Source: Alphaproteobacteria bacterium (lineage in GTDB: Bacteria > Pseudomonadota > Alphaproteobacteria > UBA7985). From it: DNA of 64,000 nucleotides. Under the pieces are notes generated by a model. That model was not told where the DNA came from and did no database searches. It worked only from the letters and a program-made list of their open reading frames with translations. Of this stretch, positions 39,181-48,493 are shown in pieces. Each line of letters begins with the position of its first letter. Position 1 is the stretch's first letter. Position numbers and translations under genes: made by a program. Location: contig OZ245893.1 in the NCBI GenBank assembly GCA_965229645.1, forward strand, positions 2,335,572 through 2,399,571, given 5' to 3'.

Positions 39181-40242
39181 TTAGGTGTTCATTCTGGTCC
39201 CTGTTGAGGCATCAAACAGGTGACACAGTTCAGGGTCGATCGCCATATGGACGGGGTCGCCAATGGTCGCTCGATGGTCTTTGGGGGCTTTGATGCTGAC
39301 CAGCGCCGCTTCGGCGCCGTCGCCGATCTTAACGGTGATCATGGTCGCATCGCCCAACAGTTCGAAGGAATAGACAGCGGCCTGTAGCTGCGCCGCTTCG
39401 TTCGACAGGCGCATATCTTCGGCGCGAAACCCCAGGGTCACGGGCCCGTCCTCGCCTTTTAGGCCGTCGATGGTCAACCCTGGGGCGGCGAATTGGCCGT
39501 TGCGCAGGGTTCCTGGCACCAAATTCATGGCAGGCGACCCGATAAAGCTCGCGACAAAGGTGTTGGCGGGCTTGTCGTAAATGTCGGTCGGGGTCCCAAC
39601 TTGCTGGATTTGGCCCTTGTTCATGACCACAACCCGATCCGCCAGGGTCATGGCCTCGATTTGATCGTGGGTCACATAAATGGTCGTCACTCGCAGTTCG
39701 TGCTGCAAGTTTTTGATCTGGGCCCGCGTGGAAACGCGCAGCTTGGCGTCGAGGTTCGAGAGGGGCTCGTCCATCAAAAACACGTTGGGCTCGCGGACGA
39801 TGGCGCGGGCCAGCGCCACCCGCTGCCGCTGGCCGCCCGACAAGGCGGCGGGTTTGCGGTCCATAAAGGGTTCGAGTTCGACCATGGCCGCCGCGCGGTC
39901 AACACGCTGGGCGTGTTCCGACACGGGAACTTTGCGAACCTTGAGGGGAAAACGAATATTCTCCCGCACTGTCATGTTGGGATAGAGGCCGTAGGACTGG
40001 AACACCATGGCGACATCGCGGTCCTTGGGCGCAAGATCGTTGACGCGCTGACCATCGACGACAATGTCCCCCTCGCTGACGCTCTCGAGCCCCGCGATCA
40101 TGCGCATGGTCGTGGTCTTGCCGCAGCCCGACGGGCCGAGCAGCACCAGGAACTCCTGATCCGCAATCGTCAGGTTAAACTTATCAACGCCAACGAAGGC
40201 ACCCCAGCGCTTGCAGAGATTTTTCAGTTCGATCAGGGCCAT
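39181..40242 (-). CDS. Sugar ABC transporter ATP-binding protein (MalK/UgpC-like)
   Basis: GPSGCGKTT, LSGGQRQR, C-terminal TOBE domain. Confidence 0.9.
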   Translation of the reverse strand: MALIELKNLCKRWGAFVGVDKFNLTIADQEFLVLLGPSGCGKTTTMRMIAGLESVSEGDIVVDGQRVNDLAPKDRDVAMVFQSYGLYPNMTVRENIRFPLKVRKVPVSEHAQRVDRAAAMVELEPFMDRKPAALSGGQRQRVALARAIVREPNVFLMDEPLSNLDAKLRVSTRAQIKNLQHELRVTTIYVTHDQIEAMTLADRVVVMNKGQIQQVGTPTDIYDKPANTFVASFIGSPAMNLVPGTLRNGQFAAPGLTIDGLKGEDGPVTLGFRAEDMRLSNEAAQLQAAVYSFELLGDATMITVKIGDGAEAALVSIKAPKDHRATIGDPVHMAIDPELCHLFDASTGTRMNT

Positions 40243-40366
40243 GCGGTTTCCTCATGCGGATTGCCAACCCTTTGGGTGCTTTGGCCCCGAATCTCAAGTA
40301 AATTCGCGCCGCGCAGGGGACACGTTTGCGACGGTTTGGGGCAAAACGCCCGGGCCGTGCCGACTA

Positions 40367-40563
40367 ATACCAGCGGCGAATGAGAATGACTCATATATTC
40401 GCTGGTATAAGGGCCGCGACTGCGGCCCCCGTAGCGGCCCCGAGAATGGCGGACACGCGCCTCGGGGTATAAGCGAAGGCCCCGTCGGAGGCGAAACGCG
40501 AAGCGTTTCTGCCGTGAGACATAAAACGCTCAAAAAGGTGTCAACCTTTTTGGCCGTTGGTAT
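40367..40563 (+). mobile_element. MITE copy 8 (short form, intact)
   Basis: CTAATACCAGCGGCGAATGAGAATGACTCATATATTCGCTGGTATAAGG...GGCCGTTGGTAT. Confidence 0.85.
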
Positions 40564-40574
40564 AAGCAAGACGA

Positions 40575-41603
40575 ATGTATGCCGACCTGCCCCCCTTTCC
40601 CACGTCCATTCCCTCTGGGTTTCCCCCTATCGATCCCGCGCTCGACACCGATTTTGACCCGCATATCCATCTGGCCCTGAGCCAGCCCGAGCAGGTTTAT
40701 ACCCTCGCGGACTTGGGATACGACCCCGAAACCCTCGAAGCTGCGCCGTCTCCCATCGCCGCCACGTCGTGTTTTCGCGTCCTCTCCGACGCGGGTGTTG
40801 CCGCCCTGCAACAGGCGACTCGAGGGCTCGAACCCTATTGCCGCAACCTGGGTCGGATCAGCCGCGCCGTGCGCGGCGGGGTCTATCAGTCTCGATTTTT
40901 GCGGGGGCTGTGCGTGTCCCCCGAGGTTGCCGCCCATTGCTCAAACCTCATGCAGCTTCCCCTCCATCCCCATTCGCTGCCCCATCAACTCGGCCATCTG
41001 AACTATACGCCCAAAACCCCTGGCGAGCATGTCGATAAGTGGCATGTCGATACGTTGCGCTTTGACTACGTGCTCTTTGTCACCGACCCCAGGGCGGTCG
41101 CGGGCGGGGAGTTCCAATATTTTCGCGGTACCAAGCAAGAAATGGCCGCGCTTTATGCCGCTGGCGCGCGCTTTCCAGAAGACCGAATCGTCTCGCCCAC
41201 CCTGCCAGGGCCAGGCTATGCAGTGCTGCAACAAGGGAACTTGGTCGTTCATCGCGCCAAAGGACTCGATCCAGGAGGCGTGGACACGGCAAACTATACG
41301 GGCCTGGAGCGGATTACTTTGGTCAACGGCTACGTCCCCGCCGACATGCGCCACCCCGACTTCACCGCCTTCGATCAACTTTACAAGATCGACCCCCAAG
41401 CAACCATTTCGGGAGAGTACGCCCGCCACGCCGCCTGGATGGGCCAGGCGCGCCTCGCCGCAATTTTGGCGGGCGCGCCCGACGCGATGGAACGGACGGC
41501 GCTTGCAACGCACTTGCGTGCAGCAGCGGCAGAGCTCACCGCCTCCGCCGACGCCATGGAGCGGGCGACCGACGGCACTTTAGCGCACTTTGGCGATGGC
41601 TAA
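40575..41603 (+). CDS. Hypothetical protein, 342 aa (possible HxD...H metal-site, cupin/2OG-oxygenase-like fold)
   Basis: No family recognised from memory. KWHVDT and VVHRAKG are spaced like a 2-His-1-carboxylate facial triad; weak evidence. Confidence 0.45.
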   Translation: MYADLPPFPTSIPSGFPPIDPALDTDFDPHIHLALSQPEQVYTLADLGYDPETLEAAPSPIAATSCFRVLSDAGVAALQQATRGLEPYCRNLGRISRAVRGGVYQSRFLRGLCVSPEVAAHCSNLMQLPLHPHSLPHQLGHLNYTPKTPGEHVDKWHVDTLRFDYVLFVTDPRAVAGGEFQYFRGTKQEMAALYAAGARFPEDRIVSPTLPGPGYAVLQQGNLVVHRAKGLDPGGVDTANYTGLERITLVNGYVPADMRHPDFTAFDQLYKIDPQATISGEYARHAAWMGQARLAAILAGAPDAMERTALATHLRAAAAELTASADAMERATDGTLAHFGDG

Positions 41604-41630
41604 CCTTGGGGACGGACCTACATAGGCCCC

Positions 41631-43460
41631 ATGTCTCGCCGCGCCCGCTACGCCTTGGCCCAGGGCCGTGCTGACCAGCGCATGGGTCGGCGCGGGACCG
41701 ACTCTTTCGCCCGCATTCGGCAAATTTTCACCCTGATTTTGACGGCCATCTGGCAAGACCAGACCTGGGCTTACCGCACGGCCTTGCTCGGCGCCTTTGT
41801 TTTGTTGACCAGCGGCCGGCTGTTTGGGTTTTTCATCGCCATCTCGCTCGGCTGGTTGGTCGATTACTATGGGTCGGCGAATCCGACGCTGGTGATCGCC
41901 CTAGGCTTGCTGGCGGTCTACGCCAGCGCGCAGTTCTTCTCGACCCTGATCGAAGTCATCGGCAACTTGCTCTTCGCGCTGCCGCAGGGGCAGAGCCAAG
42001 TCACCTTGGCCAGCAGCGTGTTCGCGAATTTGATCCGCTTGCCGCTGTCTTTTCATACCGATCAACGCACAGGCGGCCTGGCGAACGCCTTTGATCGCGG
42101 CACCGAGGCCATTGGCCGCCTATCGTCCATTTTCCTCTTTGGCGTGCTGCCGATCCTCTTGCAGTTGATCATCGCGCAGGTTCTGGTGGTACGGCTCTAC
42201 GGCTGGGCCTTCTTGCCCTTGGTGGCGGGCATCTGCGTGACGGCTGCCTGGGTCACCTTCGCCCTATCGCGCTGGTACCGTCGCCTCGTTGCCAAAGCCT
42301 TGGAGACCGACGACAAAATTTCCGAACAGGCCGTCGATAGCCTCATGAATATCGAGGCCGTGAAAGTTTTCAATCGGACCGACTACGAATTGGCGCGCCT
42401 GACCCCCTTGTGGGAGGTGGAGCGGGTACGGGTTCTGCGGCTCGGCCGCGCCGCCGAGGCCATGCGCGCGGCCAATACGGGCATCCAGGCGGTGTCGGTG
42501 TTGATGCTGGGCGCCTATATGGCCACCCAAGTTGTCAACGGGCCGCTAACGGCGGGCGATTTTGTCGCTTTTGTCGGCATCATCAACCAGCTGTTTTTGC
42601 CGATTCGGCAGCTGTCGGCGGCCTACCGCAATGCCAGCCGGGCGGAACAGGACGCCAGTCGGTTTTTTGGATTCTTGAACGAAGCGCCCGAAGAACGGGT
42701 CGAACCGCCCGATTTGCCCCTCCGGCTCAATCGCCCCGCCTTGGTGTTCGCAGGCGTGGACTTTGCGTTCCCCGACCGCCCGCCCCTGATCAAGGGCCTC
42801 GACTTGACCGTCCCCGCGGGGCAACAAAGCGCCCTGGTGGGGGCGACGGGGTCGGGTAAATCAACCCTCGCCAAGCTGGCCCTACGCTTGGAAACCCCGC
42901 ACGCGGGACACATTCATCTCCATGGGCGAGACCTGCGCCAGCTGCCGCTGTCGCAAATTCGCTCTAGCCTTGCGCTCACCCCGCAATCGACGGGCATTTT
43001 TGCCGAAACAATCGCGTTCAATCTGCGCTTTGGTCGCCCCGATGCCGACCAGGCAGCCCTTGAACAAGCCGCGCAGGATGCCTGCTTGCACGACTTTGTC
43101 GCGAGCCTGCCCGAGGGGTACGGGACGCGCGTCGGCGAGGGGGGGCAAAAACTCTCTGGCGGCGAACGTCAACGCCTCGCCATTGCCCGCACCCTGCTCC
43201 GTAATGCGGACGTCTATCTGTTCGATGAAGCGACGTCGGCCTTGGATTTGACAACCGAAGCGCGGATCATGGCGCAAATTCGCCAACGGCTGGCGGGCAA
43301 GACTCTGATTTTCATCGCCCATCGCCTGACCACCATTCAACACGTCGATACCATTTTCGTCCTCGACGAAGGAAACCTAGTGGAACAGGGATCCCATGCG
43401 CAGTTGCGCGCCCAGGGCGGGCTTTATGAGCGACTCTGGACGACCCAACATGTCACCTGA
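41631..43460 (+). CDS. ABC transporter, fused permease/ATPase half-transporter (Atm1/HMT1-like exporter)
   Basis: Six-TM domain followed by a nucleotide-binding domain: GATGSGKST, LSGGERQR, YLFDEATSALD. Confidence 0.85.
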   Translation: MSRRARYALAQGRADQRMGRRGTDSFARIRQIFTLILTAIWQDQTWAYRTALLGAFVLLTSGRLFGFFIAISLGWLVDYYGSANPTLVIALGLLAVYASAQFFSTLIEVIGNLLFALPQGQSQVTLASSVFANLIRLPLSFHTDQRTGGLANAFDRGTEAIGRLSSIFLFGVLPILLQLIIAQVLVVRLYGWAFLPLVAGICVTAAWVTFALSRWYRRLVAKALETDDKISEQAVDSLMNIEAVKVFNRTDYELARLTPLWEVERVRVLRLGRAAEAMRAANTGIQAVSVLMLGAYMATQVVNGPLTAGDFVAFVGIINQLFLPIRQLSAAYRNASRAEQDASRFFGFLNEAPEERVEPPDLPLRLNRPALVFAGVDFAFPDRPPLIKGLDLTVPAGQQSALVGATGSGKSTLAKLALRLETPHAGHIHLHGRDLRQLPLSQIRSSLALTPQSTGIFAETIAFNLRFGRPDADQAALEQAAQDACLHDFVASLPEGYGTRVGEGGQKLSGGERQRLAIARTLLRNADVYLFDEATSALDLTTEARIMAQIRQRLAGKTLIFIAHRLTTIQHVDTIFVLDEGNLVEQGSHAQLRAQGGLYERLWTTQHVT

Positions 43461-43467
43461 CCCTCTC

Positions 43468-43714
43468 ATACCAACGGCCAAAAAAGTTGACCCTTTTTTT
43501 GCCGTTTTGTGTCTCACGGCAGAAACGCTTCGCGTTTCGGCTTTTTGGGTTGCGGTCTCTACTCGCTCGCTACGCTCGCTCAGCCCGACCGCAGGACGGG
43601 GCCTTCGCTTATACCCCGAGGCGCGTGTCCGCTATTCTCGGGGCCGCTACGGGGGCCGCAGTCGCGGCCCTTATACCAGCGAACATAAGGGTCATTCTTA
43701 ATGACCGCTGGTAT
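43468..43714 (-). mobile_element. MITE copy 9 (module B only, inverted orientation); 3' end supplies the maf start codon
   Basis: ATACCAACGGCCAAAAAAGTTGACCC...CATTCTTAATGACCGCTGGTAT. The consensus sub-terminal CATTCTCATTCGCCGCTGGTAT is mutated to ...TTAATGACC..., creating an ATG. Confidence 0.8.
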
Positions 43715-44300
43715 CATTCTCGCCTCTGGTTCCCCTGCGCGGGCGCGCCTCTTGGCGGCGGCGGGCCTGGCGTTTGAGGCTCTGGCCCCCGCAGTTGACG
43801 AAGCGGCGATCAAAACAAGGTTGCGGGCAGAGGCGGCCCTGCCCGCCAACGCCGCCGAAACCTTGGCGGAGGCCAAGGCGCTGCAAGTTTCCTTACGCGC
43901 GCCCGACGCGCTGGTGCTGGGCGCCGATCAACTGCTGGTGTGCGGGGACGCGTGGTTCGACAAACCGCAGGACCTGGACAACCTGCGCGCGCAAATTGCG
44001 ACCCTGCAAGGGCGCTGGCACGCGCTGTGGACGGCGGCCGTCCTCATGCGCGGCGGGCAGCGGATTTGGCATACGCGCCAGGAGGCGCGCTTGCTGATGC
44101 GCCCCTTGAGCGCGTCTGACATCGCGGCCTACGTCGCGGCGGCGGGGTCGCGCGTGCTGGCGTGCGTTGGTGGGTACGAGATCGAAGGGCTTGGGGCCAA
44201 TCTCTTTGCCAAGATCGAGGGCGATTTTTTCGTCATTCAAGGCCTGCCCTTGCTGGAGGTCTTGCAAGCCTTGCGCGATCAAGGCAGGGCGCACCCATGA
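43701..44300 (+). CDS. maf: Maf-like nucleoside triphosphate pyrophosphatase
   Basis: MTAGIILASGSPARARLL, the conserved LASGSPRR motif. Codons 1-5 lie inside MITE copy 9. Confidence 0.8.
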   Translation: MTAGIILASGSPARARLLAAAGLAFEALAPAVDEAAIKTRLRAEAALPANAAETLAEAKALQVSLRAPDALVLGADQLLVCGDAWFDKPQDLDNLRAQIATLQGRWHALWTAAVLMRGGQRIWHTRQEARLLMRPLSASDIAAYVAAAGSRVLACVGGYEIEGLGANLFAKIEGDFFVIQGLPLLEVLQALRDQGRAHP

Positions 44301-45073
44301 CCCTGCATGCCCGCGTGATCGGCTGGCCCGTTCATCATTCCAAATCGCCGCTCATCCATGGCTATTGGCTCGCGCACTATGGCCTCGACGGGGTCTACAA
44401 GACTGCGGCGGTGGCGCCCGAGGCGCTGGCGAAGTTTGTCCAAGACGCTTGGGATTGCGGCTTGGCGGGATTCAACGCCACCCTTCCGCACAAGGAAGCC
44501 TTGATGGACTTGGTGGCCCCCGATGCCACGGCCCACGCCATCGGCGCCGTCAATACGGTCTATCGGGGTCGTGATGGCTTTGTTGGCACCAATACCGACG
44601 CGATGGGATGGTGGCGGTCGCTGAACGTGACCACGCCGCCCCGAACAGCCCTGGTGATCGGGGCAGGCGGCGCGGCCAGGGCCGTGGTCCATACCCTAAC
44701 CCAGCACGGGGTTGAGATCTGCCTCACCAACCGGACCCGGGCTAAGGCCGAGAGGTTCGGGCATGCGGTCTTGGACTGGTCTGGGCCAGAAATCGACGGG
44801 CGCGGCTTTGAGGTGATTGTCAATACGAGCGCCTGCGGCATGCACGGGCACAACCCCCTGCGCTTGACCGCCCTCGACCCTGGGACATTGGTGTCGGATC
44901 TGGTCTATACACCCTTGGAAACCGACCTACTGACCTCGGCCAAAGCCCTCGGCGGGGTGCCGATTGACGGCCTGGGGATGCTGCTGCACCAGGCGGCAGG
45001 AGGGTTTGAAAAGTGGTTTGGCCGCCGTCCTGACGTGACCCCTGCGTTGCGCGCGGCGGTCTTGAGCCCGTGA
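44297..45073 (+). CDS. aroE: Shikimate dehydrogenase
   Basis: Start MTLHARVIGWPVHHSKSPLIHGYW (ATGA overlap with maf); GAGGAARAV NADP-binding site. Confidence 0.85.
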   Translation: MTLHARVIGWPVHHSKSPLIHGYWLAHYGLDGVYKTAAVAPEALAKFVQDAWDCGLAGFNATLPHKEALMDLVAPDATAHAIGAVNTVYRGRDGFVGTNTDAMGWWRSLNVTTPPRTALVIGAGGAARAVVHTLTQHGVEICLTNRTRAKAERFGHAVLDWSGPEIDGRGFEVIVNTSACGMHGHNPLRLTALDPGTLVSDLVYTPLETDLLTSAKALGGVPIDGLGMLLHQAAGGFEKWFGRRPDVTPALRAAVLSP

Positions 45074-45672
45074 AGGTCATTGGTTTGACGGGCGGCATCG
45101 CCATGGGCAAGTCCACGGCCGCCGCCATGTTGAGGGTCTTGCAGGTCCCCGTTCACGACGCCGATGCGGCGGTTCATGCCCTCTATGCGCGCGGCGGCGC
45201 GGGCGCCAAAGCGGTGGCGGAGTACTTCCCCGAAACGCTGGTCAACGGCGCGGTTGATCGGGGCAAGCTGCGGGACCAGGTCGTGGGTCAGCCCCAGGCG
45301 TTCGCGCGCCTCGAATCGCTGATCCATCCGCTGGTGCGCCAACATTCGGCGAACTGGTTGCGGAAGCACGCCCTGCGGCGCGCGCGCCTGGTGGTCCTCG
45401 ACATCCCGCTCTTGTTCGAAACCGAGCGTCATCGCGAGGTGCAGGAAATCTGGGTCGTGACCTGCCCCGCCTTCGTGCAACGCCAGCGCGCCCTGGCGCG
45501 ACCGGGCATGGACGCGGCAAAGCTCGACGCAATTTTGGCGCGCCAAACCTCGCAAGCGCGGCGCCTGCGCGCCGCGCACCGCATTTTTCCAACGGGCAAC
45601 GGCAAGCCTGCCCTGTTTCGGGCCCTGCGCCGCGCCCTCGAACGATCTTATACCAGCGGCGATTGCAACTGA
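45070..45672 (+). CDS. coaE: Dephospho-CoA kinase; last 8 codons and stop lie in MITE copy 10
   Basis: MKVIGLTGGIAMGKST (P-loop). C-terminus ...ERSYTSGDCN* is encoded by CTTATACCAGCGGCGATTGCAACTGA. Confidence 0.85.
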   Translation: MKVIGLTGGIAMGKSTAAAMLRVLQVPVHDADAAVHALYARGGAGAKAVAEYFPETLVNGAVDRGKLRDQVVGQPQAFARLESLIHPLVRQHSANWLRKHALRRARLVVLDIPLLFETERHREVQEIWVVTCPAFVQRQRALARPGMDAAKLDAILARQTSQARRLRAAHRIFPTGNGKPALFRALRRALERSYTSGDCN

Positions 45673-45846
45673 CTCTTTTGATCGCTGGTATAAGGGCCGC
45701 GACTGCGGCCCCCGTAGCGGCCCCGAGACAAGCTAAGAAAGCGCCTCGGGGTATAAGCGAAGGCCCCGTCGGAGGCGAAACGCGAAGCGTTTCTGCCGTG
45801 AGACATAAAACGGCCAAAAAAGTGTCAACTTTTTTGGCCGTTGGTT
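45650..45846 (+). mobile_element. MITE copy 10 (short form)
   Basis: ATACCAGCGGCGATTGCAACTGACTC...GGCCGTTGGTTT. Confidence 0.85.
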
Positions 45847-45915
45847 TAAGACACGGCTCTTAATTTGGGGCCTCTTTCTTTCTTGCATTCCTGGTCTGCC
45901 TTGGTAGAGGGAGGC

Positions 45916-46914
45916 ATGGAAACGTTTAAAGAATTCTTTAAGTGTAACGCGCCAATCCTGATCGACGGTGCCATGGGCTCCAACCTCATGGCGCGCGGTC
46001 TCGCTGCGGGCCAAGCCCCAGAGGACTTGTTGCAGCAGGCGCCAGAGACGCTCAAGGGGTTGCATCGGGAATTTATTGCGGCGGGGTCGCAACTGATCCT
46101 CACCAACTCCTTTGGCGGCAACGCCCGCCGCTTGGCCTTGCACGGGCTCGACGGATCGGTGGCGCACATCAATGCCCTCGCTGCCCAGTTGGCGCGCACG
46201 GCGGCGGAAGAGATTGGCAAGCCCCAGACCTTGATCGCGGGTTCCATGGGGCCGACAGGGGACTTGTTGGCGCCCTTGGGGCCGCTGACCAGCGCCGAGG
46301 CGACGCAGGTTTTCGCCGACCAGGCCAAGGGGCTGGCGGATGGCGGCGCGGATCTGCTTTGGATCGAAACTCTGGCGGCCGAAGATGAGGTGCGGGCGGC
46401 GGTGGACGGCGCAGGGCAAGCTGGCCTGCCCATAGCCCTGACCTTGTCCTTTGACAGCGCGGGCAAGACCATGATGGGGATCGGGCCCAAGGACTTTGTC
46501 GCGCTGGCCGAAACCCTTCCCTTGGTGGCCTACGGGGCCAACTGCGGGGCGGGTCTCAGCGATATGGCGCTGGTCATGGCCGATATGGCAGCGGCCCGCC
46601 GCAGCGACCAAGCCCTGATCGCCAAGGGCAACTGCGGCATTCCTCGGTTTGAGGATGGGGCGGTCCGGTACGACGGTACGCCTATGTTGATGGGTGCCTA
46701 CGCCAACCTGATGCGCGCCCTAAAGGTTGACCTGATCGGGGGGTGCTGCGGCACGACCCCGCGCCATATTGAGGCCATGCGCGCCGCCCTAGATGGTCCC
46801 AACCCCATCGACGAACCCACGATCAGTCGCGCCTTGATCGAGCGTCTGCTGGGCACCAGCAGCGTCAAAGACGCGCCAACGCGCGCGCGCCGATCCCGTC
46901 GCCGCGCGGCGTAG
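45916..46914 (+). CDS. Homocysteine S-methyltransferase family protein (MetH N-terminal-domain-like)
   Basis: GGGAGG ribosome-binding site, then ATG; ILIDGAMGSNL...GGCCGTTP zinc-site cysteines. Confidence 0.7.
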   Translation: METFKEFFKCNAPILIDGAMGSNLMARGLAAGQAPEDLLQQAPETLKGLHREFIAAGSQLILTNSFGGNARRLALHGLDGSVAHINALAAQLARTAAEEIGKPQTLIAGSMGPTGDLLAPLGPLTSAEATQVFADQAKGLADGGADLLWIETLAAEDEVRAAVDGAGQAGLPIALTLSFDSAGKTMMGIGPKDFVALAETLPLVAYGANCGAGLSDMALVMADMAAARRSDQALIAKGNCGIPRFEDGAVRYDGTPMLMGAYANLMRALKVDLIGGCCGTTPRHIEAMRAALDGPNPIDEPTISRALIERLLGTSSVKDAPTRARRSRRRAA

Positions 46915-46941
46915 CGGTTCTGAGGTTCCTGAGGACGCTCT

Positions 46942-48243
46942 TTATGCGCTGGTGTCCGCGCCGTCTTCGTCGAGAGCTGGGTCGGTACGTGGGTCCAGTT
47001 CGGCAAGCGTCGCGGACGTGAGCGGCACGGGGATGAAGTCGCCCTGGTCCTCGGGGGCGGGGGCGACGCGCGCGCGCATCCGATACACGACAAACAGGGC
47101 AAAGCTGGCGTACATAAGGGCAATGGACCAAAACAGTGCGCTGGGGGCCCAGGCCATGGCTTGGCCCGTGAACAGAGACCCCGCGATGGCGCCAAGGGAA
47201 TAGAGGATCAGCAACCCGACGGTGGCGCCCACATACTTGGAATGGTCCAAGTAGTCGTAGACCTGGGCCACGGCCAAGGGATAGACGAGGTAGGTCATGC
47301 CGCCCAAGGTCGCGAACAAGCCGTATGTGAGGGGCGCGGCCAAGCCATGCCCTGGGGACACGAACAGCGCGATCATGACGGCGCTCATCACCCCGAGTGC
47401 GCAGACGCCGATGATCAGCGTGCGTCGGTCGATTTGCTTGGTAAGCCAGCCGATGGGGTACTGTACTGCAAAGCCCCCGACCAGAATGGCGATGATGAGG
47501 TAGACCGTCGCGGCGTTGGACAAGCCTAGGTAGGCCCCAAACGAAGGCATCAGGCCTTGCGTGTTGGATACGATCACGCCCGCCGCAAAGGACCCAAGCG
47601 CGCCGGCGGGGGACACCCAAAACAACTCGCGAATGCCCAGCGGTTCATTGACTTCCGTCACGGGGCCGCGACCCTGGGTCAGGACGATGGGCACCAGCGA
47701 CAGGGAGATCAACGCCGTGGCCAGAGCGAAAAATTCGGTGGGAATGATGATTTGCCCCATGGGCACCTCAATGTCCAAGAACACCCCAGGGAAGGCAGCG
47801 GCCAGGTGACCCAGGATGTGCCCCATTACGATGCAAGAATAGTAAAGGCCGAGCACGCGGCCTCGGTTTTCCTCATCGGTGCCGTCGTTGAGCCAGGAAT
47901 CGACGGCGGCATAGGCCCCTGCAAAACTGAGGCCCGTCAAAAATCGCAATACCAGGTCAAAGGCGGCGAGTTCGAGCAAGTTCGGCGCGATAGCGACGAT
48001 GGACACCAGGGTCGCGTAGGCGGCATAGGCGCGGATTTGGCCGACCCGGGCGATGGTACGCGGCGCGTAGAGGACGCCAAGAAAGAACCCCCCATAGTAG
48101 AGCGCAAAGGCCAGCCCTGCCAGTCCTTCCCCGCCGACGTTCTGCGCGCGCACTTGCATGGCAAAGGACAAGAGCGTGGTCCCAAGGCCAAAAATCGCCG
48201 CACCGAGGATCAGAGGCATCAGCAAACGAGTCTGTTGAGACAT
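46942..48243 (-). CDS. MFS transporter
   Basis: 433 aa with 12 predicted transmembrane helices. Confidence 0.8.
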   Translation of the reverse strand: MSQQTRLLMPLILGAAIFGLGTTLLSFAMQVRAQNVGGEGLAGLAFALYYGGFFLGVLYAPRTIARVGQIRAYAAYATLVSIVAIAPNLLELAAFDLVLRFLTGLSFAGAYAAVDSWLNDGTDEENRGRVLGLYYSCIVMGHILGHLAAAFPGVFLDIEVPMGQIIIPTEFFALATALISLSLVPIVLTQGRGPVTEVNEPLGIRELFWVSPAGALGSFAAGVIVSNTQGLMPSFGAYLGLSNAATVYLIIAILVGGFAVQYPIGWLTKQIDRRTLIIGVCALGVMSAVMIALFVSPGHGLAAPLTYGLFATLGGMTYLVYPLAVAQVYDYLDHSKYVGATVGLLILYSLGAIAGSLFTGQAMAWAPSALFWSIALMYASFALFVVYRMRARVAPAPEDQGDFIPVPLTSATLAELDPRTDPALDEDGADTSA

Positions 48244-48493
48244 GGGGTCCTTCCCTTTGGGATCGAGGGTTCAAAAATCGCCCATGAACCCGTTTTTTGG
48301 GGCGCCTATGATAGGAACGACAGCAAAGCTGCGAAACCGACACGCGGCGGCGTTCAATTTGGACCCCTAAGGGGAATTAGGCGCATCAAAGGAACACTTT
48401 CAGTCATTCACGCGATTCAAATCACGTACAAATGACCCTAAGAAGGCGCCATGTCGCTGGCCGCATTGAAATTTAAGTTCTGGTATCGCCGCC

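Noticed and set aside
48244-48493. LexA/SOS box upstream of the Lhr-like helicase.
   Set aside because: I looked for GAAC-N7-GAAC / GTTC-N7-GTTC and found no convincing match by eye. This needs a proper position-weight-matrix scan before any claim.
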